A stretch of DNA of 64,000 nucleotides from Oligoflexales bacterium. GTDB lineage: Bacteria; Bdellovibrionota_B; Oligoflexia; Oligoflexales; RGVZ01. Shown here one piece after another: positions 1 to 10,374 of this stretch. Below the pieces are notes generated by a model that ran no database searches, was not told the origin of the DNA, and saw only the letters and a list, made by a program, of their open reading frames with translations. How positions within the stretch are numbered: the stretch's first letter is position 1; each line of letters starts with the position of its first letter. The stretch covers positions 40,643 to 104,642 of the forward strand of contig CANFEB010000003.1 of NCBI GenBank assembly GCA_947445775.1. The letters run 5' to 3'. The position numbers were made by a program, and so were the translations under genes.

Positions 1-1
1 C

Positions 2-2218
2 CCCCACGGTGACTCTGCTGTGTACGAGGCTTTAGTTCGTTTGGCCCAGGATTTCGCCATGCGTTATCCGCTGGTGGACGGTCAAGGTAATTTCGGTTCA
101 ATCGATGGTGACTCCGCGGCCGCCATGCGTTACACCGAATCCAGACTGGCCAAAATGGCCGAGCTTTTGCTTTCAGATATCGAAAAAGAAACGGTGGATT
201 TCGGCCCAAACTACGACAACAAAGAAGAGGAGCCGCTTGTTCTTCCAACCAAGTTGCCACAACTTCTTGTCAACGGCGCATCAGGAATTGCCGTTGGAAT
301 GGCAACCAACATACCGCCGCATAACTTACGCGAAATCATCGACGGCCTTGAAGCGCTGATTGAAAATCCAGAAATCACAATTGACGAGTTGATGGAATTC
401 ATCAAAGGGCCGGACTTTCCAACCCGCGGGCAAATTCACGGCCTGGCAGGGATCAAGGACGCTTTCATGACCGGTCGCGGATCGATCATCATGCGGGCCC
501 GCTCAAAAATCGAAGATGTACCAAAGTCCCAGGGCCGGGAACGAATCATCCTCACGGAACTCCCCTACCAGGTCAACAAGGCACGCCTCATTGAGCGCAT
601 TGCCGACCTCGTTAGAGACAAAAAACTTGAGGGAATTTCTGACCTACGCGACGAGTCGGCTTCAAACGAAATCCGCGTGGTCATTGAACTCAAGCGCGGC
701 GAAATAGCCGACATTGTTCTCAACAACCTTTATAAAATGACGCCGATGCAATCGAGCTTCGGAGTCAACACGGTAGCCTTGGTCAACGGCGCACCGAGGA
801 CTCTGAATCTTAAGCAAATGCTTGAACTGTTTTACAAGCACCGCCGCGAGGTTATTCTCCGTCGCACGTCCTTTGATCTACGCCAGGCAGAAGAGCGTGG
901 ACACATTTTACTCGGTTTGAAAACGGCCGTTGAAAACATTGATCAGATGGTGGCCATCATCCGTGCTTCCGAAGACAGCCAGGCAGCCCATGCAGAACTG
1001 ATAAAAACCTATGCACTGTCAGACATTCAGGCGAAAGCTATTTTGGACATGCGCCTGGCCAAACTGACTGGCCTTGAGCGCGAGAAGATCATCGCCGAAT
1101 ACGCCGAAACCGTGTCTGTCATTGCTGATTTGCGCGACATTTTGGATCGCCCAGAACGCGTCACGGCCATCATCAAAACCGATTTGGCTCTACTAAAAGA
1201 AACCCACGGCGACGAGCGCCGCACAGAAATCATCGCTTCGGAGGCCGACGCCATCCGGATGGAGCACCTGGTTGCCGATGAAGAGGTGGCCGTTACCATT
1301 ACCCACGGCGGCTACGCAAAACGCACGCCGGTGAACCAGTTTCGCGCTCAAAAACGTGGAGGCAAAGGCAAGTCGGGAATGCTTACGAAAGAAGAGGATG
1401 TCGTCAAAGACCTCTATATTTCAAGCAATCACCAGTCGCTGCTTTGCTTCACCAACAAGGGCCGGGTTTACGACATCAAGGTGTATCAAATCCCAGAGGC
1501 GCCGCTTAGAGCGCGCGGCAAACATTTTGCGAACATCATCAAGCTCGAAGACCAAGAGCGGGTTGTGTCGGTCATGCCGGTAAAAGAATTTTCCGAAGGA
1601 AAGTTTGTAGTATCGGTTACGGCTCAAGGCTTTATCAAAAAGACCGAGCTCATGGCGTATGCAAACATTCGCACAACGGGCATCATCGGCTTGAAGCTTG
1701 AAGATGAAGACTCGCTCGTTGCCTGCGCCATCACAGATGGTAAGAGCGACATTTTAATTGCCAGTAAAATGGGTAAGGCAATTCGCTTTAACGAAGACGA
1801 GGCGCGTCCAGTCGGACGGGCGTCACGCGGCGTCACGGGAATTAGATTTTCTGAAGAGACCGACTGCGTCATCGGCATGGAAGTCATCATCGGCGATTCC
1901 ACGATTCTATCGATTTGCGAGAATGGCTACGGCAAGCGCACGCCGCTGGAAGAATACCGGGCCCAGACGCGGGGCGGCAAAGGCATCTACACAATCAAGG
2001 TTACCGAGCGCAATGGGCCGGTGGTTGGTATCTGCCAGGTTTCAGAAACCGACGATCTGATGATTATGACCTCCGTGGGTAAGATCACCCGATTTACGGT
2101 CGGTGAGATTGGCGTTATCGGTCGCCTCACCCAGGGCGTTCGCCTCATGAACGTCGAGGAAGGCGAGCGGGTCATTAGTTGTTGCAAGGTGATGCAGTTC
2201 GAGGGCGAAGAGGTTTGA
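2..2218 (+). CDS. gyrA: DNA gyrase subunit A, 5'-truncated by the window edge
   Basis: The frame is open from nt 2 ([26 protein letters not shown]). A GyrA-box-like [10 protein letters not shown] is followed by C-terminal beta-pinwheel repeats. Stop at 2218. Confidence 0.92.
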   Translation, partial: PHGDSAVYEALVRLAQDFAMRYPLVDGQGNFGSIDGDSAAAMRYTESRLAKMAELLLSDIEKETVDFGPNYDNKEEEPLVLPTKLPQLLVNGASGIAVGMATNIPPHNLREIIDGLEALIENPEITIDELMEFIKGPDFPTRGQIHGLAGIKDAFMTGRGSIIMRARSKIEDVPKSQGRERIILTELPYQVNKARLIERIADLVRDKKLEGISDLRDESASNEIRVVIELKRGEIADIVLNNLYKMTPMQSSFGVNTVALVNGAPRTLNLKQMLELFYKHRREVILRRTSFDLRQAEERGHILLGLKTAVENIDQMVAIIRASEDSQAAHAELIKTYALSDIQAKAILDMRLAKLTGLEREKIIAEYAETVSVIADLRDILDRPERVTAIIKTDLALLKETHGDERRTEIIASEADAIRMEHLVADEEVAVTITHGGYAKRTPVNQFRAQKRGGKGKSGMLTKEEDVVKDLYISSNHQSLLCFTNKGRVYDIKVYQIPEAPLRARGKHFANIIKLEDQERVVSVMPVKEFSEGKFVVSVTAQGFIKKTELMAYANIRTTGIIGLKLEDEDSLVACAITDGKSDILIASKMGKAIRFNEDEARPVGRASRGVTGIRFSEETDCVIGMEVIIGDSTILSICENGYGKRTPLEEYRAQTRGGKGIYTIKVTERNGPVVGICQVSETDDLMIMTSVGKITRFTVGEIGVIGRLTQGVRLMNVEEGERVISCCKVMQFEGEEV

Positions 2219-2222
2219 AGCG

Positions 2223-2534
2223 ATGAGTAAAATTCAGGTTGATCGCGAATTGGTGCGTAAAGTAGCAGACCTTGCTCACCTTTCGTTGAGCGAGCAAGAA
2301 ATTGGTCTCTATCAAGAACGCCTGGCCAAGGTGTTGTCCTACGTTGAACAATTGGATGAGGTTCACGAGTCGTTGGACAAAAACTGGCGACCAGACACGA
2401 GCCGCGGAGAGGCCGGGGTCAGCGCCCTAGAGCGCCGCGACGTTGTCGAGGGCTCGCTACCGGTAGAAGAGGCCATGAAACAGGCCCCAGCAAGAATCGG
2501 GACGGCGTTTCAAGTTCCCAGGATCCTTGAATAA
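2223..2534 (+). CDS. gatC: Asp/Glu-tRNA(Asn/Gln) amidotransferase subunit C
   Basis: 103-aa ORF immediately 5' of gatA and gatB in the canonical gatCAB order. The acidic/helical N-terminus is typical of GatC. Confidence 0.85.
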   Translation: MSKIQVDRELVRKVADLAHLSLSEQEIGLYQERLAKVLSYVEQLDEVHESLDKNWRPDTSRGEAGVSALERRDVVEGSLPVEEAMKQAPARIGTAFQVPRILE

Positions 2535-2543
2535 GAGAGCCCC

Positions 2544-4019
2544 ATGCCAGCGAACCAAACAGTCAAATCCATTGTCGAACAAGTTCGTAGCGGCAAACTT
2601 ACTGCCGTGACGGCCGCACACGCCTGCCTGGAGCGGACTCGGACAATTGCCCAGAAGCTCAATTCACACCTTCACTTTGATGAGGCCGCCGCCCTGGCAG
2701 AGGCGGCCGCCGCGGATCTGCGAATAAAAACCATTGGTGCCGACAAACTACCCTTGGCGGGAGTTCCGGTTTTGGTGAAGGACAACATTTGTGTGCGCGG
2801 ATCCAAAACGACCTGCGGCTCCAAGATGCTTGAAAATTATGTTGCGACCTACGATGCCTCGGTGATTAAGCGCCTTCGCGAGGCCGGAGCTTTTGTGGTT
2901 GGTAAGATGAACATGGACGAATTCGCCATGGGCAGCTCCAACGAAAACTCAGCCTTTGGCGCCGTGCGCAACCCCTGGAATCTGGAATATGTGCCAGGTG
3001 GCTCATCTGGTGGCTCGGCAGCGGCAGTGGCCGCAAGGCTCGCTCCCGTAGCGCTTGGCTCTGATACCGGAGGCTCAATTCGTCAGCCAGCCAGTTTTTG
3101 CGGGATTGTCGGTTTGAAGCCAACCTACGGCTCAGTCAGTCGTTCCGGCCTGGTGGCGTTCGGCTCTTCGCTGGATCAAATCGGTCCGCTGACCACCACG
3201 GTGGAAGATGCCGCCATGATGATGGACGTCTTGGCAGGGCTTGATGCAAGCGACTCCACTTCCGTCAAACACCCCCAAAGTGGTTTTGCCAAAGCACTTC
3301 TGGAGAACCCCGAGGCGCTCAAGGGAATGACGATTGGAATTCCAGAGGAGTTTTTTGAATCGGGCCTTGATGCGGAGGTTGGCTCCTGTTTAGAACGCGC
3401 CATCGCAGACGTTCAAAAGGCTGGAGCAAAAATAAAACGCGTCCGGTTGCCAAATATTTCCTATAGCGTGGCCGCTTATTATGTCATCGCCACGGCCGAG
3501 GCCTCGGCAAATCTAGCCCGCTTTGATGGGGTTCGTTATGGACACCGGACCCAAGGCGCCAACTTGAACCTAAAAGACCTTTACCGTAAATCCCGCAACG
3601 AGGGTTTTGGCCGCGAGGTGAAGCAGCGCATCATGCTTGGCACGTTTGTTTTGTCGTCAGGCTATTACGATGCTTTTTATTCAAAAGCAAACAAGGTCCG
3701 TGAGCTTATTTCGCGGGATTTTGCCGCCGCCTTTGATTCAGGTGTGGACCTGCTTTTGACGCCGACCTCGCCCACCCCGCCGTTTAAACTTGGGGAAAAA
3801 CTGTCGGATCCTTTGGCCATGTATTTGTCAGACATTTGCACCATCGGAGTTAATCTTGCGGGCTTGCCCGGGATTTCGGTTCCTTGTGGGCGGACCAAGG
3901 CAGGGCTTCCGGTTGGCATGCAATTAATTGCCCCAAAATTCAACGAATTAACTTTGCTCACTGGAGCCCACGCATATGAACGCGCCACTGAATGGCACAA
4001 AGACCAGCCGCCCCTCTGA
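2544..4019 (+). CDS. gatA: Glutamyl-tRNA(Gln) amidotransferase subunit A
   Basis: Amidase signature (GGSSGGSAAAVA, GSDTGGSIRQPASFCG), 491 aa, gatCAB context. Confidence 0.95.
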   Translation: MPANQTVKSIVEQVRSGKLTAVTAAHACLERTRTIAQKLNSHLHFDEAAALAEAAAADLRIKTIGADKLPLAGVPVLVKDNICVRGSKTTCGSKMLENYVATYDASVIKRLREAGAFVVGKMNMDEFAMGSSNENSAFGAVRNPWNLEYVPGGSSGGSAAAVAARLAPVALGSDTGGSIRQPASFCGIVGLKPTYGSVSRSGLVAFGSSLDQIGPLTTTVEDAAMMMDVLAGLDASDSTSVKHPQSGFAKALLENPEALKGMTIGIPEEFFESGLDAEVGSCLERAIADVQKAGAKIKRVRLPNISYSVAAYYVIATAEASANLARFDGVRYGHRTQGANLNLKDLYRKSRNEGFGREVKQRIMLGTFVLSSGYYDAFYSKANKVRELISRDFAAAFDSGVDLLLTPTSPTPPFKLGEKLSDPLAMYLSDICTIGVNLAGLPGISVPCGRTKAGLPVGMQLIAPKFNELTLLTGAHAYERATEWHKDQPPL

Positions 4020-5499
4020 GGCAGCTGGCAACAAACCGCAAGAAGCCACGGTTCTCGACCGCTATGAGCCGGTGATAGGACTTGAAGTCCATTGCCAACT
4101 CAAAACCAGGACGAAGCTGTTTTGTGGATGTTCCACCGCGTTTGGTGGACTGCCCAACCACAACACCTGCCAAATTTGCCTTGGGCATCCTGGGGTCTTG
4201 CCGGTTTTGAATTCGGAGGCTGTTAATTTCGCGATTCGTTTCGCCCTAGCCATCGGCGCCGACATTCACGAGACGAGCGTTTTTGCCCGCAAACAGTATT
4301 TCTATCCGGATTTGCCCAAGGGCTACCAGATAACCCAGTTTGACCTGCCCTATTGCACGGGCGGAACCATGACTTTGGCCAGCGGCAAGACGGTGCGCCT
4401 GATGCGCGCTCACCTTGAAGAAGATGCCGGCAAAAATGTTCATGGAGACGAATCCAGCTATGTTGATTTGAACCGCGCGGGGGTTCCTCTCGTTGAAATC
4501 GTCAGCCAGCCGGATATTCGCACCCCAGAAGACGCTGCCGATTATTTGAAGCGCTTGCGCTCCCTTGTTCGCTCCCTCGATATTTGTGATGGCAACTTGG
4601 AGGAAGGATCGTTTCGCTGCGATGCCAACATTTCCATTCGTCCCAAGGGCCAAGAACAACTCGGAACACGCTGCGAAATTAAAAACTTAAACTCGTTTCG
4701 AAATATCGAACGGGCAATCAAATATGAAATTTTGCGCCAGGCCGATGTTCTCGACCATGGCCAAAAAGTCATTCAGCAAACGATGCTTTTTGACGCGGCT
4801 AGCGGCAAGACGCAGGCCATGCGCTCCAAGGAAGAAAGTCACGACTACCGCTATTTTCCTGAACCAGATCTTTTACCGCTGCGCATTGATGCCGCTCGCA
4901 TCGAGCGCCAACGCCAGGTTTTGCCCGAGCTGCCCGAGGCCATGTCCAAGCGTTTTCAAGAAAAGCACGGGCTATCGGCCTATGATGCCGCGGTTTTGAC
5001 GTCGGACAAGGATCTGGCCAACTTCTACGAAGCCGTCGTTGCGCGGGTGGCTGGAGCCGTGACCGAGAAGATAGTCGCCAACTGGGTCACCAGCGAATAC
5101 CTGCGCGAGGTTAACAACCGGAGTTGGGACTTGACCAGTCCGCCCATCACTTCGGACCACCTCGGCGAACTAATTGCTTTGATCGGCAAAGGTGTGATTT
5201 CTGGTCGGATTGCCAAAACCCTTTTTGAAGAAATGGCCGAAAAAGGCCCCGGAAAAGGGGCAATGGCCATGGTCGAGGAACAGGGCTTGCTGCAAGTTTC
5301 TGATTCGAGCGAAATCCGCGGTGTTATTGCCAAGGTCTTGGACTCAAACCCCGGGCAGTTGGCCGAATACCTTGGCGGTCGAGACAAGCTTTTTGGATTC
5401 TTCGTCGGACAAACGATGAAGGTTTCTGGCGGGAAGATGAACCCGCAGTTGGTCAACGATGTTTTGAAAGAACTTCTCGATGCCCGGCGTCAGGGCTGA
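3976..5499 (+). CDS. gatB: Asp/Glu-tRNA amidotransferase subunit B
   Basis: YEPVIGLEVHCQLKT..FYPDLPKGYQITQ..LEEDAGK motifs. The only in-frame start gives a ~27-aa N-terminal extension and a 44-nt overlap with gatA. Confidence 0.93.
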   Translation: MNAPLNGTKTSRPSEAAGNKPQEATVLDRYEPVIGLEVHCQLKTRTKLFCGCSTAFGGLPNHNTCQICLGHPGVLPVLNSEAVNFAIRFALAIGADIHETSVFARKQYFYPDLPKGYQITQFDLPYCTGGTMTLASGKTVRLMRAHLEEDAGKNVHGDESSYVDLNRAGVPLVEIVSQPDIRTPEDAADYLKRLRSLVRSLDICDGNLEEGSFRCDANISIRPKGQEQLGTRCEIKNLNSFRNIERAIKYEILRQADVLDHGQKVIQQTMLFDAASGKTQAMRSKEESHDYRYFPEPDLLPLRIDAARIERQRQVLPELPEAMSKRFQEKHGLSAYDAAVLTSDKDLANFYEAVVARVAGAVTEKIVANWVTSEYLREVNNRSWDLTSPPITSDHLGELIALIGKGVISGRIAKTLFEEMAEKGPGKGAMAMVEEQGLLQVSDSSEIRGVIAKVLDSNPGQLAEYLGGRDKLFGFFVGQTMKVSGGKMNPQLVNDVLKELLDARRQG

Positions 5500-6586
5500 G
5501 GCCCAAAAGGCTCTAAACGCAGCCCTTGCCTCTTGGAGCCAAAAGGGCCTGTTCACCCACGCGTTTGTCGCGGCCGGCGATCTTGCAGCCCCTAAGTCGC
5601 TCATAACAGAATCTTTTCTGCCAGATGGGCGCGACCTTTTTGATTTAGCGTCGATGACAAAAGCCCTAGTGACGACCCCGGCGGTTTTTAATTTGTCGAT
5701 GGACGGCAAGTGGCTGATGGAGCGGCCTCTTGGTGAAGCGCCCCTCATAGTGAGCGATCCCCAGCGCTTCGCCCACATTCCCCGGGAACTCTTTAGTCTA
5801 ACGCCGCGCATGCTGCTGCGCCACGAAGCGGGGCTTCCGGCTTGGCGTAATTTTTATGTCGAATGCCACCACAACAATGCCCCGGCCACCAGGCGGGGAT
5901 TTTTTGAGGTTTTAGCTGCGGCCGCCCGACAGCCAAAACTCGCCAAGCCCGCCTATTCTGATGTTGGGTTTTTGGCCCTCGGGGCTTTTTTGGAAGCGTC
6001 GTATCAATCTGATATTGCGTCTATATTTAATGGTTTATGCAACGATGCCAAGTGGTTCTCCACAGCTTTTTCGCAGCCCAGCATTGGTCCCGCCTTTGCC
6101 CCCGACTTCGACTCAACTGAGCGCGATCGCAGGGCCATTTCAACTGGCCCCTGCCCCGTTCGCCAGCGAAATCTAATCGGCGAAGTTTACGATGAAAACG
6201 CTTGGGCGCTCGGCGGGCGCTGCGCCCACGCAGGTCTTTTTTCCAGCGGCGCCGAATTGATCGCCTTCTTAACTGGGTTGGCTCAGTCGCCCCGCGGCCA
6301 GGCCCTGTTGGCCGCGCAGGCAGCAGAGATCGCCGGCAATGAAAACGAATCCCTTTTGGGTTGGCGCCAGGGGGGAGATCCCGTGGCACGCGCTTTTGGT
6401 GGCGGAAAATCTATGGGGCACTTGGGTTTCACGGGGACGGCCTTTTGGATTACGCCAGCCGATCATCCGGAAAAACCCCTGCACTATGCGATCATCCTGA
6501 CCAACCGAACAATTTCTGGACGCATCAATCCGGCCATCAAGGATTTTCGTCGTCAGATACTTGAAATTCTCTGGTCGGCGGTGTGA
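5480..6586 (+). CDS. Serine hydrolase, beta-lactamase/PBP fold (AmpH/class C-like)
   Basis: S-x-x-K motif (SMTK), YSD, and GFTGT near the C-terminus. Overlaps the gatB end by 20 nt. Confidence 0.72.
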   Translation: MPGVRAEAQKALNAALASWSQKGLFTHAFVAAGDLAAPKSLITESFLPDGRDLFDLASMTKALVTTPAVFNLSMDGKWLMERPLGEAPLIVSDPQRFAHIPRELFSLTPRMLLRHEAGLPAWRNFYVECHHNNAPATRRGFFEVLAAAARQPKLAKPAYSDVGFLALGAFLEASYQSDIASIFNGLCNDAKWFSTAFSQPSIGPAFAPDFDSTERDRRAISTGPCPVRQRNLIGEVYDENAWALGGRCAHAGLFSSGAELIAFLTGLAQSPRGQALLAAQAAEIAGNENESLLGWRQGGDPVARAFGGGKSMGHLGFTGTAFWITPADHPEKPLHYAIILTNRTISGRINPAIKDFRRQILEILWSAV

Positions 6587-7827
6587 GGCATTTTGACGTG
6601 GCCGTTGTTGGACGCGGAATCGCCGGCCTTTCTTTAGCCAGAGAGCTGCTTTTCCAAACCAAAAAATCCATTGTCCTCATTGGCCCAGAAAAGGCCCTGC
6701 CAGGATCGGCGACCATCGTTGCGCAAGGGGTCAGCGCCGTTAAAGGCCTCGTTCTGGGCAAAGAACCCCTGTTTGCTGCGAAGCTGGCCGGCCACCGCTT
6801 TCTCAAAAAGTGGCTCGCGGAGGTTTCCCGGGAATCTGGCCTTGGAGTGTCGTTTGATGGTGCAGGGGTTGGCGAGATTTCGACCACCATGGAAGACCTG
6901 CAGTGGAACATGACAAGGGCCTATCACCGGCGATTCCAAGGAATTTTCGGCGCGGTATCAGGAACGTTTTCTGGATCAGAATCATGGCCAGGGTCAGCAT
7001 CAAGCGAAAGGCCCCTTGGAGCCGATCCTTACAGGGGCCACCACCAGGGCGTGCTGCACCCAGAAGATTTTTGGTTTGACCCGGAAGAGGCCCTCTGCGC
7101 CTTGGAAAACCTTTTGTCCAAGGCCCCCCATCAAGTCACCAGCGTTTTTCGGACAGCTGCCGCACTCAGTTTGGAAGATTCAGGGTTGGTCCAGATTCGA
7201 TTTGATGGAGAAGAGGCCATCAACGCTCGGCAGGTAGTTCTGGCCGCAGGTCATCAGACCCCAAGCCTGCTGGCCGGCATTTTAGGGTCGTCCCAAGGGT
7301 CCGATTTTGGGCCTCTAAAAACTGCGGGCTGGAGCGAGGTCGGCGGCGAAACCCTGACATTCCAAGCGCCGAAGTCGGGGCCATTGGCATTTTCTGCCGT
7401 AAGTTTTTATGGCACCAGCCTGGGGGTGTCGTCCTTTGTCCGGAGGACGCACTCGCTTTCGCGGAAGAAAAATGGGTGTCTGATCGCCGGATCCACGGCC
7501 CAAAAAACCCTCGAAAAATCTTTCGCCAAAAAGCCATTATCTCCTGTAGAGTCGATGGCTTATGAAGTAGAAATGATGGCGGGACACCAGGCGACCGACC
7601 CGGCAGCCTGGCAGTCTAGATTTGGCCTACGTTTGCGAACGAAAGACCGTGCCCCGGTGTGCGGCCGACTTTCAGGCTTTGCAGATCGGATTTGGGTGTT
7701 TTCTGGATTCTATAAAAACGGCCTACAGCTGGCCCCACTTATGGCCGCCGATTTAGCGCAAGCCATCGCAAGCAATGATGAAACGGTGATTTCTAAGCAA
7801 TGCAGAGCATCGCGGTTTGGCGTTTGA
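6583..7827 (+). CDS. FAD-dependent oxidoreductase (DAO/glycine-oxidase-like family)
   Basis: N-terminal Rossmann dinucleotide motif (DVAVVGRGIAGLSLA). GTG start overlaps the upstream stop (GTGA). Confidence 0.68.
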   Translation: MRHFDVAVVGRGIAGLSLARELLFQTKKSIVLIGPEKALPGSATIVAQGVSAVKGLVLGKEPLFAAKLAGHRFLKKWLAEVSRESGLGVSFDGAGVGEISTTMEDLQWNMTRAYHRRFQGIFGAVSGTFSGSESWPGSASSERPLGADPYRGHHQGVLHPEDFWFDPEEALCALENLLSKAPHQVTSVFRTAAALSLEDSGLVQIRFDGEEAINARQVVLAAGHQTPSLLAGILGSSQGSDFGPLKTAGWSEVGGETLTFQAPKSGPLAFSAVSFYGTSLGVSSFVRRTHSLSRKKNGCLIAGSTAQKTLEKSFAKKPLSPVESMAYEVEMMAGHQATDPAAWQSRFGLRLRTKDRAPVCGRLSGFADRIWVFSGFYKNGLQLAPLMAADLAQAIASNDETVISKQCRASRFGV

Positions 7828-7956
7828 CCCAAAACTTTTTAGCCGCCGCCCGGTTTTTTGCTTCGCTTTTTTGCGCAAACTTTGAGCACCTAATTTTTAA
7901 TACAGATCAATGGGCCATAGAATTTGGCCGCGCCCAACCAAGGGTCTTATTAAAAA

Positions 7957-9084
7957 TTAAAAGTTCATTGATGCGTAGACAGGTATTAGAAGGCCAAACG
8001 CCGTCTTTTTATGAGAGAGGGCGTCTTTTAAATCTTGTTCTTCATCGCTTGATTTGGACGCGTTGTCATCATTAATAGTTGTCGTTTGCTTTAGTCCAAA
8101 CTCCGCCATTGGCAGCAAAGCTCGCAACCCGATACCCAATTCAAAGAGCTTGCCGAGGCTAAGGATATAGTCCGCCCCACCCCGCAAGGAAACCACTGAG
8201 AGCTGGGATTTGATGGTGGCAAGGGGCACATTCGAAACGTCAGCCTCATTGTGCCAATCGGCCTCGACAGTTGCCGTAGACGAGACAAAATCAAGCCCCG
8301 TCGTAAGGCGCAGGCCGCTGCCGCCAGCAGCGGGGCGCTTGAGCGTGTAGTCATAGTAGGCCCCAAAGGCGGTCACCGAGTGGGACGCCTCAACATAAAC
8401 CTGCCGGTTGGTGGGGTCATAGTCGGTTTGCAAAGAGAGTTTGCTCGCAAACTTAAACTCGCTATCACCGCAAAGGGCAAAACGTAGTCCAAAGGTTCCC
8501 AACTTGCGGCTTTCGTACTCAATGGCACCGCTCATTTTTTCCACTGAAATCAGCGAGTCCGTGGCCTCCCACAGCTTGACTCCCGAAGCCCCCAAGGCGG
8601 GCGGAAGGTAGCCGATTTTTGCCACCGAAAAAGCCCCAAGGCCCGGAGAGGTCAAGAGCCGAAGGGAGCTTCCCCCCGCCTTTTTTTTGCCCAACTTTGT
8701 CCCCGCACTGCCCTTAGACTCAGCCGCGCCAGCACCAAGAAGTCCGGGGGGTTGACTGTCGGACACAGTAATTTTGAAGCCTGGTTTGACCTGGGCCGCG
8801 GTGCTGAGGGGAGTTGTTTTTACAACGACAACTGTGGCCGTGACCTTAACGATTTTTCCGCAAGCAACGGTGGTTTCACTGCCGTCCAAAAAGCAGGCGA
8901 ATTGACCAACCTTGATGCTGGCTGTGTCCTCAAAACTAGAGAGGACAAAGCCCTTGTCGGGGATCGTTTTCGACACTTTTTGGGCCCAGGCACAGGTGCC
9001 CCAAAAGGCCGCAAATGGCGCCCCTAAAAGGCCCGCCAAAAAACCCACGGCCAAGGACTCTGGGACAGCAAATTTGAGGTTCAT
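7957..9084 (-). CDS. Putative outer-membrane beta-barrel protein, unknown function
   Basis: N-terminal hydrophobic signal-like segment, alternating-hydrophobicity C-terminal half, and a terminal aromatic residue (..YASMNF). 4-nt overlap with the upstream lipoprotein gene. Confidence 0.45.
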   Translation of the reverse strand: MNLKFAVPESLAVGFLAGLLGAPFAAFWGTCAWAQKVSKTIPDKGFVLSSFEDTASIKVGQFACFLDGSETTVACGKIVKVTATVVVVKTTPLSTAAQVKPGFKITVSDSQPPGLLGAGAAESKGSAGTKLGKKKAGGSSLRLLTSPGLGAFSVAKIGYLPPALGASGVKLWEATDSLISVEKMSGAIEYESRKLGTFGLRFALCGDSEFKFASKLSLQTDYDPTNRQVYVEASHSVTAFGAYYDYTLKRPAAGGSGLRLTTGLDFVSSTATVEADWHNEADVSNVPLATIKSQLSVVSLRGGADYILSLGKLFELGIGLRALLPMAEFGLKQTTTINDDNASKSSDEEQDLKDALSHKKTAFGLLIPVYASMNF

Positions 9085-10244
9085 GATTTCTCCAATTTGA
9101 GCGATCGCCAGTCGACAGCGCGCTCAAGCCACCCCGAGGCCGCGTGAAACACAATGGATTCCAGCTCGATAACCAACGAATGTTTTCCCGGCGGTAAACC
9201 GGAAAAAGTTTCTGGAGTAAGAGATCCCCGCCCGGACTTGGGGTCAAAGGCGCAGTGCACAGACCCGGTCTCCCCACTTTTGCCAATCCAAATATGAACA
9301 AACGAGGTTGCGGGAACATTGTCCCACTGCCAGGCAACGGTCAGCGGATAGCCGGTGTCGAGGGAAATGGAAGCCTCCGCGTCGGACAGCTTTACTTCTG
9401 CCAGGGCCGTTCTGGTCCTTTGAGAGACTTCGACCGAAGTCAACCGGCCCGGCGGCCTGATCTTAACCAAGACATTATTTTGCTCGGGGGTTTGATAGGT
9501 CCACTCCCACTCGGGGTTGCCAAATTGAAGGGCATTAAAGGAGGCCAAAATCCTTGACTCGGTCTCCGTGGCGTCGGCAAAGGCAAATCCGCGCATGGCC
9601 AGGCCCGAAAGGCCGCCTTTGCCAACGGCGGCCCGGCTCATCCAAGATTGCTCATCCAGAGAGGGTCCGCAGCCGAGATTAGCGCCGCTGCGCCCGAGCA
9701 TGCTTTGAGCTGTCATCGGCGGATCGAGGCGGGCTTTTTGGATTTCAGCAGTCCGTAGCGGCACGTTAAAGCGCGCAAGCAAAATCTCTTCGTAGGCCCC
9801 AGCGCGGTTGCGAATCGCACCACTTCCATTGACGCGCTCGCGAACCACAAGGACCTCGCCCTGTTCCTTGGTCCCGGCCACGGTCCAGACAAAAATCCCG
9901 AAATTGTAAATCGACTCTGATTTGATACCTGCAACGGTTTCATTGAATTCGGCGCGTGCCGTGTCCGCCCCGCTGCAGGCGACTCGAACGGGGGCAGATT
10001 CCGAGGGTGTTTCGGCGGGATCTTGCGAATAATAGAAAAGTTCACACAAGGCGTCCTCTTGAGTGGTAAACCGTATCTGAGCGGAAGTTCCGTCACCCAA
10101 GCGGTCGATGACAACCTCATCCGGGTTAATGATTTTGTAGGTGGTTCTTTGGTTGACGGTGTTTTTTTGCGTGCCTAATAATTTGCACGCTGAAAAGGTC
10201 AGGCAGACAGCGAGGATCGACACCAATTTTAGTCTGACGTCCAT
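9081..10244 (-). CDS. Putative lipoprotein, unknown function
   Basis: Signal peptide with a lipobox-like LTFSAC. 387 aa with no recognisable catalytic motif. Confidence 0.5.
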   Translation of the reverse strand: MDVRLKLVSILAVCLTFSACKLLGTQKNTVNQRTTYKIINPDEVVIDRLGDGTSAQIRFTTQEDALCELFYYSQDPAETPSESAPVRVACSGADTARAEFNETVAGIKSESIYNFGIFVWTVAGTKEQGEVLVVRERVNGSGAIRNRAGAYEEILLARFNVPLRTAEIQKARLDPPMTAQSMLGRSGANLGCGPSLDEQSWMSRAAVGKGGLSGLAMRGFAFADATETESRILASFNALQFGNPEWEWTYQTPEQNNVLVKIRPPGRLTSVEVSQRTRTALAEVKLSDAEASISLDTGYPLTVAWQWDNVPATSFVHIWIGKSGETGSVHCAFDPKSGRGSLTPETFSGLPPGKHSLVIELESIVFHAASGWLERAVDWRSLKLEKS

Positions 10245-10374
10245 TTTCCAGTTGCCCGCGGTTGAAAGGCGTGTTTTCTCAAGGATTCTATCAATTTGCT
10301 GGGCCGCAACCTAGCGCGCGGATTTGCAGTGCAGCCCCTTGTTTCGTAAAAACATTAGTTAAAGACGGGAACTT

